In this document: positions 1 through 10,059 of the stretch, piece after piece
Layout: every line of letters begins with the position of its first letter
Numbering within the stretch: position 1 is the first letter of the stretch
Program-made: the position numbers and the translations under genes
Assembly (NCBI GenBank): GCA_964433095.1
Contig: CAYSPW010000003.1
Coordinates: 7,034 to 71,033, forward strand
Origin: an uncultured Gammaproteobacteria bacterium
Lineage (GTDB): Bacteria > Patescibacteriota > Patescibacteriia > Magasanikbacterales > UBA922
Direction: 5' to 3'
Length of the DNA stretch: 64,000 nucleotides
The notes under the pieces: generated by a model
Databases searched by the model: none
What the model was told of the DNA's origin: nothing
What the model saw: the letters and a program-made list of their open reading frames with translations, nothing else

Positions 1-156
1 TGGATTATACAAAAGATATCAAAGAAAAATACATAATTAGATAAAAGCAAGCATCACGGTTCGGTTTAGAGTTTTTGTAATTTAGACTTCAAACCTAACT
101 TTATAAACATAGGTATACAATAAAAATAGTACTAATTGTGTTTACTATCTAAACAT

Positions 157-1383
157 ATGCAAAATCCTTTTTTAAATGCTTTGACTCAGCTGGAAAAAGC
201 GGCCAAAAAAATTGATCTTGATCCCAATATCCATCAGATTTTAAAATTTGCCGACAGGGTGATTAAGGTTTCAATACCTGTTAAAATGGATGACGGACAG
301 ATAAAGGTTTTTACCGGATACCGGTCGCAATACAATAACATTCTCGGTCCTTACAAAGGCGGAATACGCTATCACCAAAACGTAACCGTGGAGGAGGTGG
401 TTGCGTTGTCTTTTTGGATGATGGTTAAATGCGCTCTTGTGGATATTCCCATGGGCGGGGGCAAAGGAGGGGTGACAGTTGATCCAAAGATGTTGTCGCT
501 TACGGAACTGGAAAAATTGTCGCGTGGGTATATTAAAAAACTATGGATGAATATCGGTTCAGATAAAGACGTGCCGGCTCCGGATGTGTATACCAACGCC
601 GAGATTATGGCCTGGATGCGTGATGAATACGAGAAGATTGTGGGACATAGCGATCCGGGCGTGATTACGGGAAAGCCGATAGACCAAGGCGGTTCTGAAG
701 CAAGGAATTTTTCCACCGCTCAGGGGGGAGCCTATTGCGCCACGCAATTGGTGAAAAAATTGGATTGGAACCCGTTGGAAACCAAAGTGGTGATTCAAGG
801 TTTCGGTAATGCGGGCAGCTTTATGGCAAAGATTTTACATGCCATGGGTTTTAGGATTATAGCGGTAAGCGATTCTCGCGGCGGAGTTTATTCGCGGCAA
901 GGGCTTGATCCGGATCAGTTGATTGATTTTAAAAATAAAACAGGCTCAGTGGCCGGTTTTGAAAGCGGCGAATCGATAGATAATTTGAAGATACTGGAGC
1001 TCAAGTGCGATATTTTGGTCCCCGCCGCCTTAGAAGGTGTAATTACTGAAACAAACGCGCGAAATATTCAAGCCAAGGCCATAATTGAGCTAGCCAATGG
1101 ACCGTCCACGCCGCGGGCGGATCAAATATTGGAACAAAAAAATATTATTGTCGTTCCGGACGTGCTGGCCAATGCCGGCGGCGTGGTTGTAAGTTATTTT
1201 GAGTGGGAACAAAATAAAAAGGAGGAACACTGGAGCGAGTCCCAGGTGTTGAGCAGGCTGGAGAATATTATGACGGCTGCTTTTGATAGTGTTTGGCAGT
1301 ATAAAGAAAAATACGGAGTGGATATGAGAACGGCCGCTTTTATAAAAGCGATAGAAAGAGTGGCTATGAATATTTCCACGTAA
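157..1383 (+). CDS. gdhA: Glu/Leu/Phe/Val dehydrogenase (glutamate dehydrogenase)
   Basis: GPYKGGIRYH, PMGGGKGG, DVPAPDV, IQGFGNAG and PDVLANAGGV motifs; ATG at 157 preferred over TTG at 136. Confidence 0.95.
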   Translation: MQNPFLNALTQLEKAAKKIDLDPNIHQILKFADRVIKVSIPVKMDDGQIKVFTGYRSQYNNILGPYKGGIRYHQNVTVEEVVALSFWMMVKCALVDIPMGGGKGGVTVDPKMLSLTELEKLSRGYIKKLWMNIGSDKDVPAPDVYTNAEIMAWMRDEYEKIVGHSDPGVITGKPIDQGGSEARNFSTAQGGAYCATQLVKKLDWNPLETKVVIQGFGNAGSFMAKILHAMGFRIIAVSDSRGGVYSRQGLDPDQLIDFKNKTGSVAGFESGESIDNLKILELKCDILVPAALEGVITETNARNIQAKAIIELANGPSTPRADQILEQKNIIVVPDVLANAGGVVVSYFEWEQNKKEEHWSESQVLSRLENIMTAAFDSVWQYKEKYGVDMRTAAFIKAIERVAMNIST

Positions 1384-1493
1384 TACATCAGGCGCCAAAG
1401 TTAAACAAAAAGTTAATATTTTCGGCGTAAAAGCTTGCGTCCGGCGAGTATTTTGGATAACATATATAATGCTTGAAGTAAGAAAATTAAATT

Positions 1494-4301
1494 ATGAGAG
1501 AATACAAACCTCGCGAGATTGAGAAAAAATGGCAGCACTATTGGGAAGAAAACCAAATTTTTAAAACTCCTACTGAAGCAGAAATTGACAACAAAATGTA
1601 CATACTGCCCCAACTGCCTTACCCATCCGGTTCCGGACTCCATGTCGGCCACGCCGAAGTATACACGGCCTGTGATATTTACGCTCGTTACCAGAGAATG
1701 ATCGGCAAGGATGTACTACAGGTAATCGGCTGGGATTCTTTCGGATTGCCGGCGGAAAACTACGCAATCAAAACAAATATACATCCGCGCGTTAGTACCG
1801 AGCAGGCGATTGATACTTTTAGAGAACAAATTAAGTTATTGGGTGTTTCGGTGGACTGGGACCGGGAAGTAAGCGCTCATCATCCTTCCTTCTATAAATG
1901 GACTCAATGGTTTTTTTTGTTGTTTTACAAGCGTGGGCTGGCTTACAGAAAAAAACAGTCGGTCAATTGGTGCGACGGCTGTAAAACCGTCTTGGCCAAT
2001 GAACAAGTGGTGGATGGACGCTGTGAACGTTGCGAAGCGGTCATCCGGCAAAGAGATATGGAGCAATGGTTTTTGAAAATTACCGCTTATGCCGATCGCT
2101 TGATTGATGATTTGGACAAAGTGGATTGGCCGGCAGAAACAATAAAAAGACAAAAAGATTGGATTGGGCGTTCGCCGGGTGCGTTGGTGAATTTTTACAT
2201 CAATGGAGATCCGGTGGAAGTCTTTAGCACCAGACCGGATACATTGTTCGGCGCCACTTATTTGATTTTGGCACCCGAACATGAATCGGTTCGCTTATTG
2301 AAGGATAAAATAGAAAATTGGAAACAGGTGTCAGAATATATAGAGCGGGCGCGATTAAAAAGCGATTTGGACCGCCAAACCGAAAAAGAAAAGACCGGAG
2401 TGGAATTGCGTGGCATTAAGGCTGATAATCCGGTCAATAACGAAAAAATACCGGTGTATATAGCGGATTATGTTTTATCCGGCTATGGAACCGGCGCCAT
2501 CATGGCCGTTCCCGCTCATGATGAAAGAGATTATGAATTTGCAAAAAAATACGATCTGCCCATAAAGCAGGTGGTGGCCGAGCAGGTTGGCGAAAAAAAA
2601 GAGCAAGGACAGTGTCGGCCCGGTTCTTATGCGGTAATGGAAAAAGATGAAAAGATTTTGGTAATCTATGATAAAAAAACAGATTTTTATCGGCTGCCGG
2701 GCGGCGGATTTGAAGAAGGTGATGATGCCGAGCAGGCTCTGAGAAGAGAGATAGCTGAAGAAACCGGCTATGTTAATTATCATGTGGGAGAGCATTTTAC
2801 CAAACTGGAGAGTTGCGGCTATTCTGATAATAACAAAGCTTACTTGCATAGATTGTTGCATGTTTATCATGTCAAATTGGAAAATGACCAAAGAGATCAA
2901 TCTCTATTGGAAGATGCACAGCGTTGGAGGCTAGAATGGATGACCTATGAACAGGTGGTAGAAGTCTTTGGTAAAGAAACAAGGGAGCTGGAGTTGATTG
3001 CTTTGGTATTGGATAAGATGACGCCATGCTATAGCGGTGAAGGAGTTTGCGTTGATTCCGGCTTTTTAGCCGGACTGCACACCGATGAAGCCAAAGAAAA
3101 AATGGTACGGTGGTTGGAAGAAAATAACTTTGGAAAAAGTCACGTTCAATACAAGCTGCGCGACTGGTCCGTTTCCAGACAGCGCTTTTGGGGAGCGCCC
3201 ATTCCCATGCTCTATGATCAAGAAGGCGAACTTCATCCGGTGCCGGAGGAAGATTTACCCGTGCTTTTACCAACGGATGTTGATTTCAAGCCTACGGGTG
3301 AATCGCCTTTAAACTGTTCGCAAGAATTTCAACAAGGGGTGGAAGAAAAGTACGGCCAAGGTTGGAGCCGGGAACCGGATACTTTGGATACTTTTATGTG
3401 TTCCAGCTGGTATTATTATCGCTATCTTGACCCACATAACGATAAATGTTTCGCCTCGCCCGAGAGCATAAAAACATGGATGCCGGTTGATTTTTATCTG
3501 GGCGGTTCGGAGCATGTTACGGGGCATTTACTCTATTCGCGATTTTTCACCAAAGTACTCTATGATTCCGGATATATTGATTTTGACGAGCCTTTTTTGA
3601 AACATCGCCATCAAGGATTGATTTTGGGAGAAGATAACAGAAAGATGAGCAAGCGCTGGGGCAACGTGATCAATCCGAGTGATGTCGTGAAAGAATTCGG
3701 AGCAGACACTACCAGAATGTACGAAATGTTCATGGGTCCTTTGGAAGACGATAAGCCTTGGGACATGAACGGTGTTAAAGGAGTGAGAAGATTTTTGGAT
3801 AAAGTTTGGAGATTGCAGTCAAAAGTGGCGAATCAATCAAGCGCTAATGATAAGGTATTACACAAAACCATCAAAAAAGTTACCACCGACATTGAGGATA
3901 TGCGTTTCAATACCGCCATTGCGTCCATGATGGAGCTGGTTAATTTCTGGCAGAAGAAGGAACAATTATCTAAGAATGATTTTTCTTTGTTTGTAAAAAT
4001 TCTTTCTCCTTTCGCGCCTCACATATGTGCGGAAATTTGGCAGATTTTGGGCCATGATGAGCAGCCGGCGTTTCAAAGTTGGCCAGCATATGACGCGGAA
4101 TTGATAAAAGAAGACACCATTACTTTGGTGGTACAGATAAACGGCAAAGTGAGGTCAAATCTGTCAGTACCGGCCGACATCGGGGAAGATGAAGCCAGGC
4201 GAGTGGCGCTTGCCGATGAAAAAACGCGCCAATGGCTTGCGGATAAAGAACCGAAAAAAATTATTTACGTAAAAGACAAATTAATCAATATCGTGACGTA
4301 A
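1494..4301 (+). CDS. leuS: Leucine--tRNA ligase with an inserted Nudix hydrolase domain
   Basis: LPYPSGSGLHVGH (HIGH), TRPDTLFG, GTGAIMAVPAHDERD, KMSKR; Nudix box GGGFEEGDDAEQALRREIAEETG at about 2700-2768. Confidence 0.97.
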   Translation: MREYKPREIEKKWQHYWEENQIFKTPTEAEIDNKMYILPQLPYPSGSGLHVGHAEVYTACDIYARYQRMIGKDVLQVIGWDSFGLPAENYAIKTNIHPRVSTEQAIDTFREQIKLLGVSVDWDREVSAHHPSFYKWTQWFFLLFYKRGLAYRKKQSVNWCDGCKTVLANEQVVDGRCERCEAVIRQRDMEQWFLKITAYADRLIDDLDKVDWPAETIKRQKDWIGRSPGALVNFYINGDPVEVFSTRPDTLFGATYLILAPEHESVRLLKDKIENWKQVSEYIERARLKSDLDRQTEKEKTGVELRGIKADNPVNNEKIPVYIADYVLSGYGTGAIMAVPAHDERDYEFAKKYDLPIKQVVAEQVGEKKEQGQCRPGSYAVMEKDEKILVIYDKKTDFYRLPGGGFEEGDDAEQALRREIAEETGYVNYHVGEHFTKLESCGYSDNNKAYLHRLLHVYHVKLENDQRDQSLLEDAQRWRLEWMTYEQVVEVFGKETRELELIALVLDKMTPCYSGEGVCVDSGFLAGLHTDEAKEKMVRWLEENNFGKSHVQYKLRDWSVSRQRFWGAPIPMLYDQEGELHPVPEEDLPVLLPTDVDFKPTGESPLNCSQEFQQGVEEKYGQGWSREPDTLDTFMCSSWYYYRYLDPHNDKCFASPESIKTWMPVDFYLGGSEHVTGHLLYSRFFTKVLYDSGYIDFDEPFLKHRHQGLILGEDNRKMSKRWGNVINPSDVVKEFGADTTRMYEMFMGPLEDDKPWDMNGVKGVRRFLDKVWRLQSKVANQSSANDKVLHKTIKKVTTDIEDMRFNTAIASMMELVNFWQKKEQLSKNDFSLFVKILSPFAPHICAEIWQILGHDEQPAFQSWPAYDAELIKEDTITLVVQINGKVRSNLSVPADIGEDEARRVALADEKTRQWLADKEPKKIIYVKDKLINIVT

Positions 4302-4304
4302 AAA

Positions 4305-5867
4305 ATGTTTAGATTTTTGCTCCGCTCCAAGAGCCGGCGCTTTTACTGTTATTGCCTGGCATTTCTGAGTGGAATCGCGCTAATATCAATTATCGACCGC
4401 AAGGTCGATTTTTTTATTTTATATCTTTTGTATTTTTTCTTGATCACGGCTATATTGATATTTTGGAATAATGACAAAGTGGTGTTTGTGGTGTTTTGTT
4501 TTCTGGCATTGGTTTCGGGCATCGTCAGATATCTGCTTCCTTTCCCGCCCGAATCGCCGCAGTTTGTGGCAAATTACAACGGACAAAGCAAACAAATCGG
4601 CGGATATATCTGCGCCGAGCCCGATATCAGGCTGGATGGCGCGCGCTACATTCTAAAAGTGGAAAAGCTGGAAGGGGCGGAGAAGATCAAAGGCAAAGTA
4701 TATTTAAAATACGATCTGTACCCGCGCTTTGATTATGGTGATTATCTGCGTGTCAGTTGTTCGCTGCGCCAGCCGGAGATAATTGAATCAATAAACGGCA
4801 GAGATTTTCGCTATGACATGTATTTGGCGCGCTACGGCGTTTTCAGTATTTGCCGTGCCGAACAAGTTAAAAAATATGGCAATAAAGGTAATGTACTGTT
4901 AAAGAAGATCTTTGCTTTGAAAAAGAAAGTGGCGGAAAAAGTAAACAAACTGTGGCATGAGCCACATGCTAGCTTTATGGCCGGCCTGCTTTATGGCTAT
5001 CGCGGCGGTCTGGGTTCCTTGAACGAACTTTTTAATATTACCGGCGTCACTCACATTGTGGCCATATCAGGCTACAATATCAGCATAATCGCGGCCATTT
5101 TCATATCCATTAGCGTCAATTTATATATCCCGAAAAAGAAAGCATTTCCATTGGTGGCTATTGGTATTATCATCTTTGTGGTATTCGCGGGCGCAAGCGC
5201 CTCGGTTATGCGCGCCGGCATAATGGGAATTATGGTGCTGTTTGTCAAGCACCTGGGCACTATCAGCAGGGTTGGAAACGTGATGATTTTAACTTGCGTT
5301 TTAATGTGCCTGTTTAATCCTTTTGTTTTAATATGGGATGCCGGATTTCAGTTGTCTTTTATTTCTACTCTGGGTTTGATATATCTCACGCCTTTGTTGG
5401 AAAGACGGGTTAAGTTTATTCCCGAATTTTTTTCTTTGAGAGAATCGTTTATCAGCACTATCTCGGCGATTATCGCCACTCTGCCTTTGATATTGTTTCA
5501 GTTCGGCCGGCTGTCCCTCGTAGCTCCATTGGTCAATGTCTTGATACTCTGGATTTTGCCGCTGCTTATGGCTTTGGGATTTTTTGCCGTGTTGGCCAGT
5601 TATGTTTTTTTGCCTTTGGCGCAGGTGCTGGCTTGGACAGCCTGGCTCGGCCTCAGCTATATCATTATCATTGTAAAATGGTTCGCGTCACTTAATTACG
5701 CCGCTATAAACATATTGATACCGGCCTACGTTATGATGTTATGCTACGCGGTTATGACATACAGCGTGTACAGAGCTCATAAAAAAGAACAACCATTTTA
5801 TTCCATAATCAGTAAAGAAAAAAGTAGTGAAAAAAAGGATATTAATTATATAAAAAAAGTTAAATAA
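4305..5867 (+). CDS. comEC: ComEC/Rec2 competence protein, membrane channel part
   Basis: TGVTHIVAISGYN, SVMRAGIMG, DAGFQLSF motifs; many TM segments. Confidence 0.92.
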   Translation: MFRFLLRSKSRRFYCYCLAFLSGIALISIIDRKVDFFILYLLYFFLITAILIFWNNDKVVFVVFCFLALVSGIVRYLLPFPPESPQFVANYNGQSKQIGGYICAEPDIRLDGARYILKVEKLEGAEKIKGKVYLKYDLYPRFDYGDYLRVSCSLRQPEIIESINGRDFRYDMYLARYGVFSICRAEQVKKYGNKGNVLLKKIFALKKKVAEKVNKLWHEPHASFMAGLLYGYRGGLGSLNELFNITGVTHIVAISGYNISIIAAIFISISVNLYIPKKKAFPLVAIGIIIFVVFAGASASVMRAGIMGIMVLFVKHLGTISRVGNVMILTCVLMCLFNPFVLIWDAGFQLSFISTLGLIYLTPLLERRVKFIPEFFSLRESFISTISAIIATLPLILFQFGRLSLVAPLVNVLILWILPLLMALGFFAVLASYVFLPLAQVLAWTAWLGLSYIIIIVKWFASLNYAAINILIPAYVMMLCYAVMTYSVYRAHKKEQPFYSIISKEKSSEKKDINYIKKVK

Positions 5868-5878
5868 AAAAGTATTTT

Positions 5879-6817
5879 ATGAAGAATATAGACAAGGTGA
5901 TGTTGTTGCTATTTGCGTTGTTGTTATGCGTGGTGGGAATGGTATTTTGGCTGAAAAAGGATGAAAGCGGATTAAGCCCGGACGCGAGCGGATTAATGAT
6001 AAATCCAGAAGAAGAAAACGTTCAATACATACGCGTTACTTTTCTGGATGTGGGTCAAGGTGATGCTACGTTTATAGAATTCACCAATGGCGAACAAATG
6101 CTGGTGGATTGCGCCATAGATGCCAGAATCATTGAGGCTTTGGGCAGGGTGATGCCGTATTACGACCATGATCTGGATTATCTGCTGATCACTCATCCGG
6201 ATAGCGATCATTACGGCGGTTGCGCCGAGGTGTTGGAGCGATTTGAAGTTAAAAATATTATCTATAGCGGCGTGCAAAAAAGCGATGATGGTTGGCAGGA
6301 TTTGTGGTCCAAAGTAGAAATGGAGCCGGCCGATTATTACCAGATCGATGCCGAAGATTTTTGGCGGATAAGCAGCTCAACAATTCATTTTTTGTATCCT
6401 GATCATTCTTTGGTGAAAAATCCGAATATTTTGAGCATTGAAAAAGAAGTAAGCGCCAATAATATGTCAGTGATATTTAAGCTCAGTTTTGGAGAAAATA
6501 ATCTGTTGATGATGGGCGACGCGGAGGAGGAGTTGGAGGAATATTTACTGGCCACTTACGCGGATCAGTTGGACGCGGAAATACTGAAAGTGGCACATCA
6601 TGGATCAGGCAGCTCTTCCATTGTTGATTTTTTAAATGTGGTTTCACCTGATTATGCTGTGATTTCTTGCGGATTTGATAATCGGTTCGGACATCCTTCA
6701 AGACGGGTACTCAAAAGGCTGGAAAGAGCCGGGTCGGAGATTTGGAGGACTGATCTAAAAGGTGATATAATAGCAACGATATACTTAAATAAGGTGATTG
6801 TTGAATACAAAAAATAA
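5879..6817 (+). CDS. ComEC-type metallo-beta-lactamase-fold hydrolase (split C-terminal domain)
   Basis: FLDVGQGDA, THPDSDHYGG, KVAHHGS, FGHPS, RTDLKG; N-terminal anchor. Confidence 0.9.
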   Translation: MKNIDKVMLLLFALLLCVVGMVFWLKKDESGLSPDASGLMINPEEENVQYIRVTFLDVGQGDATFIEFTNGEQMLVDCAIDARIIEALGRVMPYYDHDLDYLLITHPDSDHYGGCAEVLERFEVKNIIYSGVQKSDDGWQDLWSKVEMEPADYYQIDAEDFWRISSSTIHFLYPDHSLVKNPNILSIEKEVSANNMSVIFKLSFGENNLLMMGDAEEELEEYLLATYADQLDAEILKVAHHGSGSSSIVDFLNVVSPDYAVISCGFDNRFGHPSRRVLKRLERAGSEIWRTDLKGDIIATIYLNKVIVEYKK

Positions 6818-7577
6818 AATTTGCTCCGTAATTTTAATATCGGTTTTTATTCCGCTATGTTTTGTGTCAGCCGTTGAAGATCCGCTTGATAGTGATAGCG
6901 ACGGCTTAAGCGATGAATTGGAAAAATATTATTATACCGATCCGTTCAATTCTGATACGGATAATGACGGTTATTTGGACGGAGAAGAGGTGGTTGGGGA
7001 TTACTCGCCGCATTTGGGGAATAAAAAAAGACTGCATGAAGGCGATTATGACGGCGATGGCTTGAACGATTGGCTGGAGCGCTGGTTTGGTTCTGATCTG
7101 GGCGTAACAGACAGTGATGGGGATGGGGTGGAGGATTTGGATGAGGTTCTATCCGGTTCCAGTCCGGCTAAATTTGGCACCAGTACCGAGTTTGAGCGTC
7201 ATGTTGTGGTAGATCGTAGTTGGCAGCGTTTGTATTATTATGTGGACGGAGTAAAGATAAAAAATTTTCCGGTTTCCACCGGAATTCCCTATCTGGAAAC
7301 TCCGGGGGGTGAATTCAGCGTGACCGGTAAAATTCCGGTAAAGCGTTATGTCGGGTCGGATTATGATTTGCCCAATGTGTGGTGGAATCTGGAATTTTTT
7401 CCCATGTACTATATCCACGCCGCTTATTGGCATAACAATTTTGGCATGAGAACAGAATCTCATGGCTGCGTAAACATGCGTTTCAAGGACGCGGAACTGC
7501 TTTATCGCCATATTGATGTCGGAGTGCCTATCACCGTTACCGGTACCACACCGAGCCGTTTTTATGTCGGCACTTAA
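6798..7577 (+). CDS. L,D-transpeptidase (YkuD) with DxDxDG calcium-binding repeats
   Basis: PVSTG...TPGG, IHAAYWH...SHGCVN catalytic motif; four DxDxDG repeats; signal peptide. Confidence 0.9.
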   Translation: MLNTKNKICSVILISVFIPLCFVSAVEDPLDSDSDGLSDELEKYYYTDPFNSDTDNDGYLDGEEVVGDYSPHLGNKKRLHEGDYDGDGLNDWLERWFGSDLGVTDSDGDGVEDLDEVLSGSSPAKFGTSTEFERHVVVDRSWQRLYYYVDGVKIKNFPVSTGIPYLETPGGEFSVTGKIPVKRYVGSDYDLPNVWWNLEFFPMYYIHAAYWHNNFGMRTESHGCVNMRFKDAELLYRHIDVGVPITVTGTTPSRFYVGT

Positions 7578-7612
7578 GTATTTAATAAACAATAATTTTT
7601 AACGTATTTATT

Positions 7613-7951
7613 ATGCTTATTCTGTTGCGTTGGTTAATTAACACTATCACCTTATTGATTCTGGCGTTTTATTTGCCCGGGATTGAAGTGAGCGGTTTTT
7701 ACGCCGCCCTGATTACCGCTTTGGTACTCGGTTTGATCAATGCTCTTATCAGGCCGTTGATTATTCTGTTGACTTTGCCCATTAATATTCTCACCTTGGG
7801 TTTGTTTACCTTGGTGCTTAACGCCCTTTTGTTTTGGTTTGTCTCAACGATCGTGGAAGGGTTTGTGGTGGCCGGCTTTTGGCCAGCATTTTGGGGGGCG
7901 TTGATTTTGAGCATGGTGAGCTGGATTATCGGAGCTTTAATTAAGGATTGA
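7613..7951 (+). CDS. YvlD/DUF360 four-TM membrane protein (phage-holin-like family)
   Basis: LINALIRPLIILLTLPINILTLGLF signature. Confidence 0.88.
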   Translation: MLILLRWLINTITLLILAFYLPGIEVSGFYAALITALVLGLINALIRPLIILLTLPINILTLGLFTLVLNALLFWFVSTIVEGFVVAGFWPAFWGALILSMVSWIIGALIKD

Positions 7952-7956
7952 GCATT

Positions 7957-8649
7957 ATGAAAAGAGCAAACAAGATAATTTCGGTCGGGGGATCGATCAT
8001 AGTTCCGCGAACCGGTTTTGATGTAAAATTTTTAAAACGGTTCAGAAGATTGATTCTAGATCAAATAAAGAAAGGTACCCGGTTTGTATTGGTGGTCGGA
8101 GGTGGAGCCACGGCGCGTGAATACCAGCGGGCGGCCGGCGCGGTAACAAAGATGTCAAATGATGAACTGGATTGGATTGGAATTCATTGCACGGTTTTGA
8201 ATGCTCAATTTGTCAAACACATCTTCAAGAATTATGCGTATAAAGAAGTGGTTACCGATCCCAGGTTCAAGGTAAAAACCGATAAATATATTGTTGTGGC
8301 CTCAGGCTGGAAGCCCGGTTGTTCCACAGATAAAGACGCGGTTTTGTTGGCCGACGCGTATGGAGCCAAAGAGTTGATTAACCTGTCAAATATTGAGTAT
8401 GTATATGACAAAGATCCGAATAAGTATAAGCAGGCCAAGAAAATAGAACGGCTGGACTGGAAGACTTTCAGACGGGATATCGTGGGATATAAATGGGAGG
8501 CGGGATCCAATAAGCCTTTTGATCCGATAGCGTCAAAATTAGCCGAACAGATGGATTTGACCGTTAATATTGTTAAAGGAACCAATTTACGACAGGTGGA
8601 AAAAGTACTTACCGGACAAAAATTTAAAGGCACCGTTATCTCGGATTAA
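7957..8649 (+). CDS. pyrH: UMP kinase, archaeal/spirochaete type
   Basis: SVGGS, VVGGGATAREYQ, PGCSTD, VYDKDP, PFDPIA. Confidence 0.9.
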   Translation: MKRANKIISVGGSIIVPRTGFDVKFLKRFRRLILDQIKKGTRFVLVVGGGATAREYQRAAGAVTKMSNDELDWIGIHCTVLNAQFVKHIFKNYAYKEVVTDPRFKVKTDKYIVVASGWKPGCSTDKDAVLLADAYGAKELINLSNIEYVYDKDPNKYKQAKKIERLDWKTFRRDIVGYKWEAGSNKPFDPIASKLAEQMDLTVNIVKGTNLRQVEKVLTGQKFKGTVISD

Positions 8650-8733
8650 AAATCTTTAATTCAAGTTGTCTTTTAGTTTGATAATTTTTGTATTGGACAA
8701 ATTTTACTTGTTTGTGTAGAGTAAAAATTATCT

Positions 8734-9267
8734 ATGAAGCCGAAAATACTTTTACATGTATGTTGCGGGCCATGTTCGATAGCCATATTCAAAGAACTGC
8801 TGCGAAGTTTTGATCTTGTGGCTTATTTTTACAATCCAAACATACATCCGGAAAAAGAGTATGTAAAAAGGAAATCAGAGGTGGTAAAGCTTTGCCGTGA
8901 ATTGAAAATACGTTTTGTGGAAGAAGTATATAATCCAGAAGCCTGGTTTTTGAGAACGGAAAAATATATCAATGAACCGGAAGGTGGTCGGCGCTGCTTG
9001 ATTTGTTTTAAAATCAGGCTGGGACGGGCCGCTAATTATGCGGCGAAAAATGACTTTGATTTTTTCGCCACCAGCTTAACCGGCGGTAGAAATAAAGACG
9101 CCGCGGTAATCAACCCCATCGGCATTGAATGCGGAAAAATACATGGGATTGAGTTTTTCCAAGAGGATTGGAAGAAAAAAGGCCGACAGCAACACGCCGA
9201 CAGGCTGGTGCGAGAAAGGAGGGTTTATCGCCAGAATTATTGCGGCTGTATTTATTCCAAAAAGTAA
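8734..9267 (+). CDS. queH: Epoxyqueuosine reductase QueH (DUF208)
   Basis: LLHVCCGPCS, YFYNPNIHP, RCLICF, YRQNYCGCIYS. Confidence 0.92.
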   Translation: MKPKILLHVCCGPCSIAIFKELLRSFDLVAYFYNPNIHPEKEYVKRKSEVVKLCRELKIRFVEEVYNPEAWFLRTEKYINEPEGGRRCLICFKIRLGRAANYAAKNDFDFFATSLTGGRNKDAAVINPIGIECGKIHGIEFFQEDWKKKGRQQHADRLVRERRVYRQNYCGCIYSKK

Positions 9268-9274
9268 TTTTTGT

Positions 9275-9829
9275 TTATTCTTCAACATCAACGATTTCCA
9301 AATCCAAAATTCTCACTCCGAAATTTTTTGCTTTTGCTCTGTCAGTGAGCCATACATCAATTCTATTTTTTCCGTATCTGGGATTCATTCGATCCCGCAC
9401 GGTTAAAATTTCCTCGCCAAATAATTCCGGTATTCTTACCTTGGTATTGAGCGGCAAAAAATTCGCTGCGATAACGTTTTCTCTGTTGTACTTGCACAAG
9501 TTATACCCGTTGGCGGTAATGCATGGAGTGGAGTCCGTCTGGTCAACGGTACTGGAGTAGGCGGTGGCAATCACTTTTTGATTATGCAGGACGTTAACCT
9601 TGATTTTTGTCTTCTCCTGATGCGGAATAACAACACTAAAAAGCCATAGAAAAATAAGCAAGCCCGAGATAAACAACAATCGGCTTACTGTGGGCAATAA
9701 TATTTTTTCGGTCCAGTGTTGTTTTTTTCTCGCGCTAATTTTTCTTTTTTTGTTTTTTTCCGGCATTGTTTTTTTACGTGTTTTTTTTACATAACCACTC
9801 TTTTTTTTGCTTTTGTTTTTTTTCGCCAT
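9275..9829 (-). CDS. Membrane-anchored 3D-domain protein (cell-wall lytic transglycosylase-like)
   Basis: ATAYSSTVDQTDSTPCITANG, IAANFLP, VRDRM, IDVW; Lys-rich N-terminus followed by a TM helix. Confidence 0.88.
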   Translation of the reverse strand: MAKKNKSKKKSGYVKKTRKKTMPEKNKKRKISARKKQHWTEKILLPTVSRLLFISGLLIFLWLFSVVIPHQEKTKIKVNVLHNQKVIATAYSSTVDQTDSTPCITANGYNLCKYNRENVIAANFLPLNTKVRIPELFGEEILTVRDRMNPRYGKNRIDVWLTDRAKAKNFGVRILDLEIVDVEE

Positions 9830-9870
9830 ATTTGTGGATTATACTATTATTATACTAAATTATTGACACA

Positions 9871-9902
9871 AAAAAAAGCGCCTTTTTTTATTAAAAAGCG
9901 TC
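9871..9902. terminator. Hairpin with A/T tracts, probable intrinsic terminator on the minus strand
   Basis: Minus strand reads gacgcttttt-aat-aaaaaaaggcgc-T8. Confidence 0.5.
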
Positions 9903-10059
9903 GTAGTTGATGATTGTCCGAAAACCGCGTCATTCACGCGGTATGGATCAGATTTTGCCCACATCGCCCAGCTGTAACCTTCTTCCAGATAACCAAGCTT
10001 AATTACGAAAGCCAGTCCTGTCAGTCACTTCTCTGATAAGTTTTCCAATGGAACCGATA

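Noticed and set aside
7613-7951. Prophage suggested by a holin-family gene
   Set aside because: YvlD/DUF360 is a common chromosomal membrane protein; no phage genes nearby
9900-10050. Minus-strand CTTATCAGAGAAG...GGACTGGC resembling a SAM-I riboswitch start, or SRP/6S RNA
   Set aside because: No GCAACC/GTGC core, no closing P1 helix, no SRP loop motif and no end-to-end pairing; better explained as a decayed SD-led ORF
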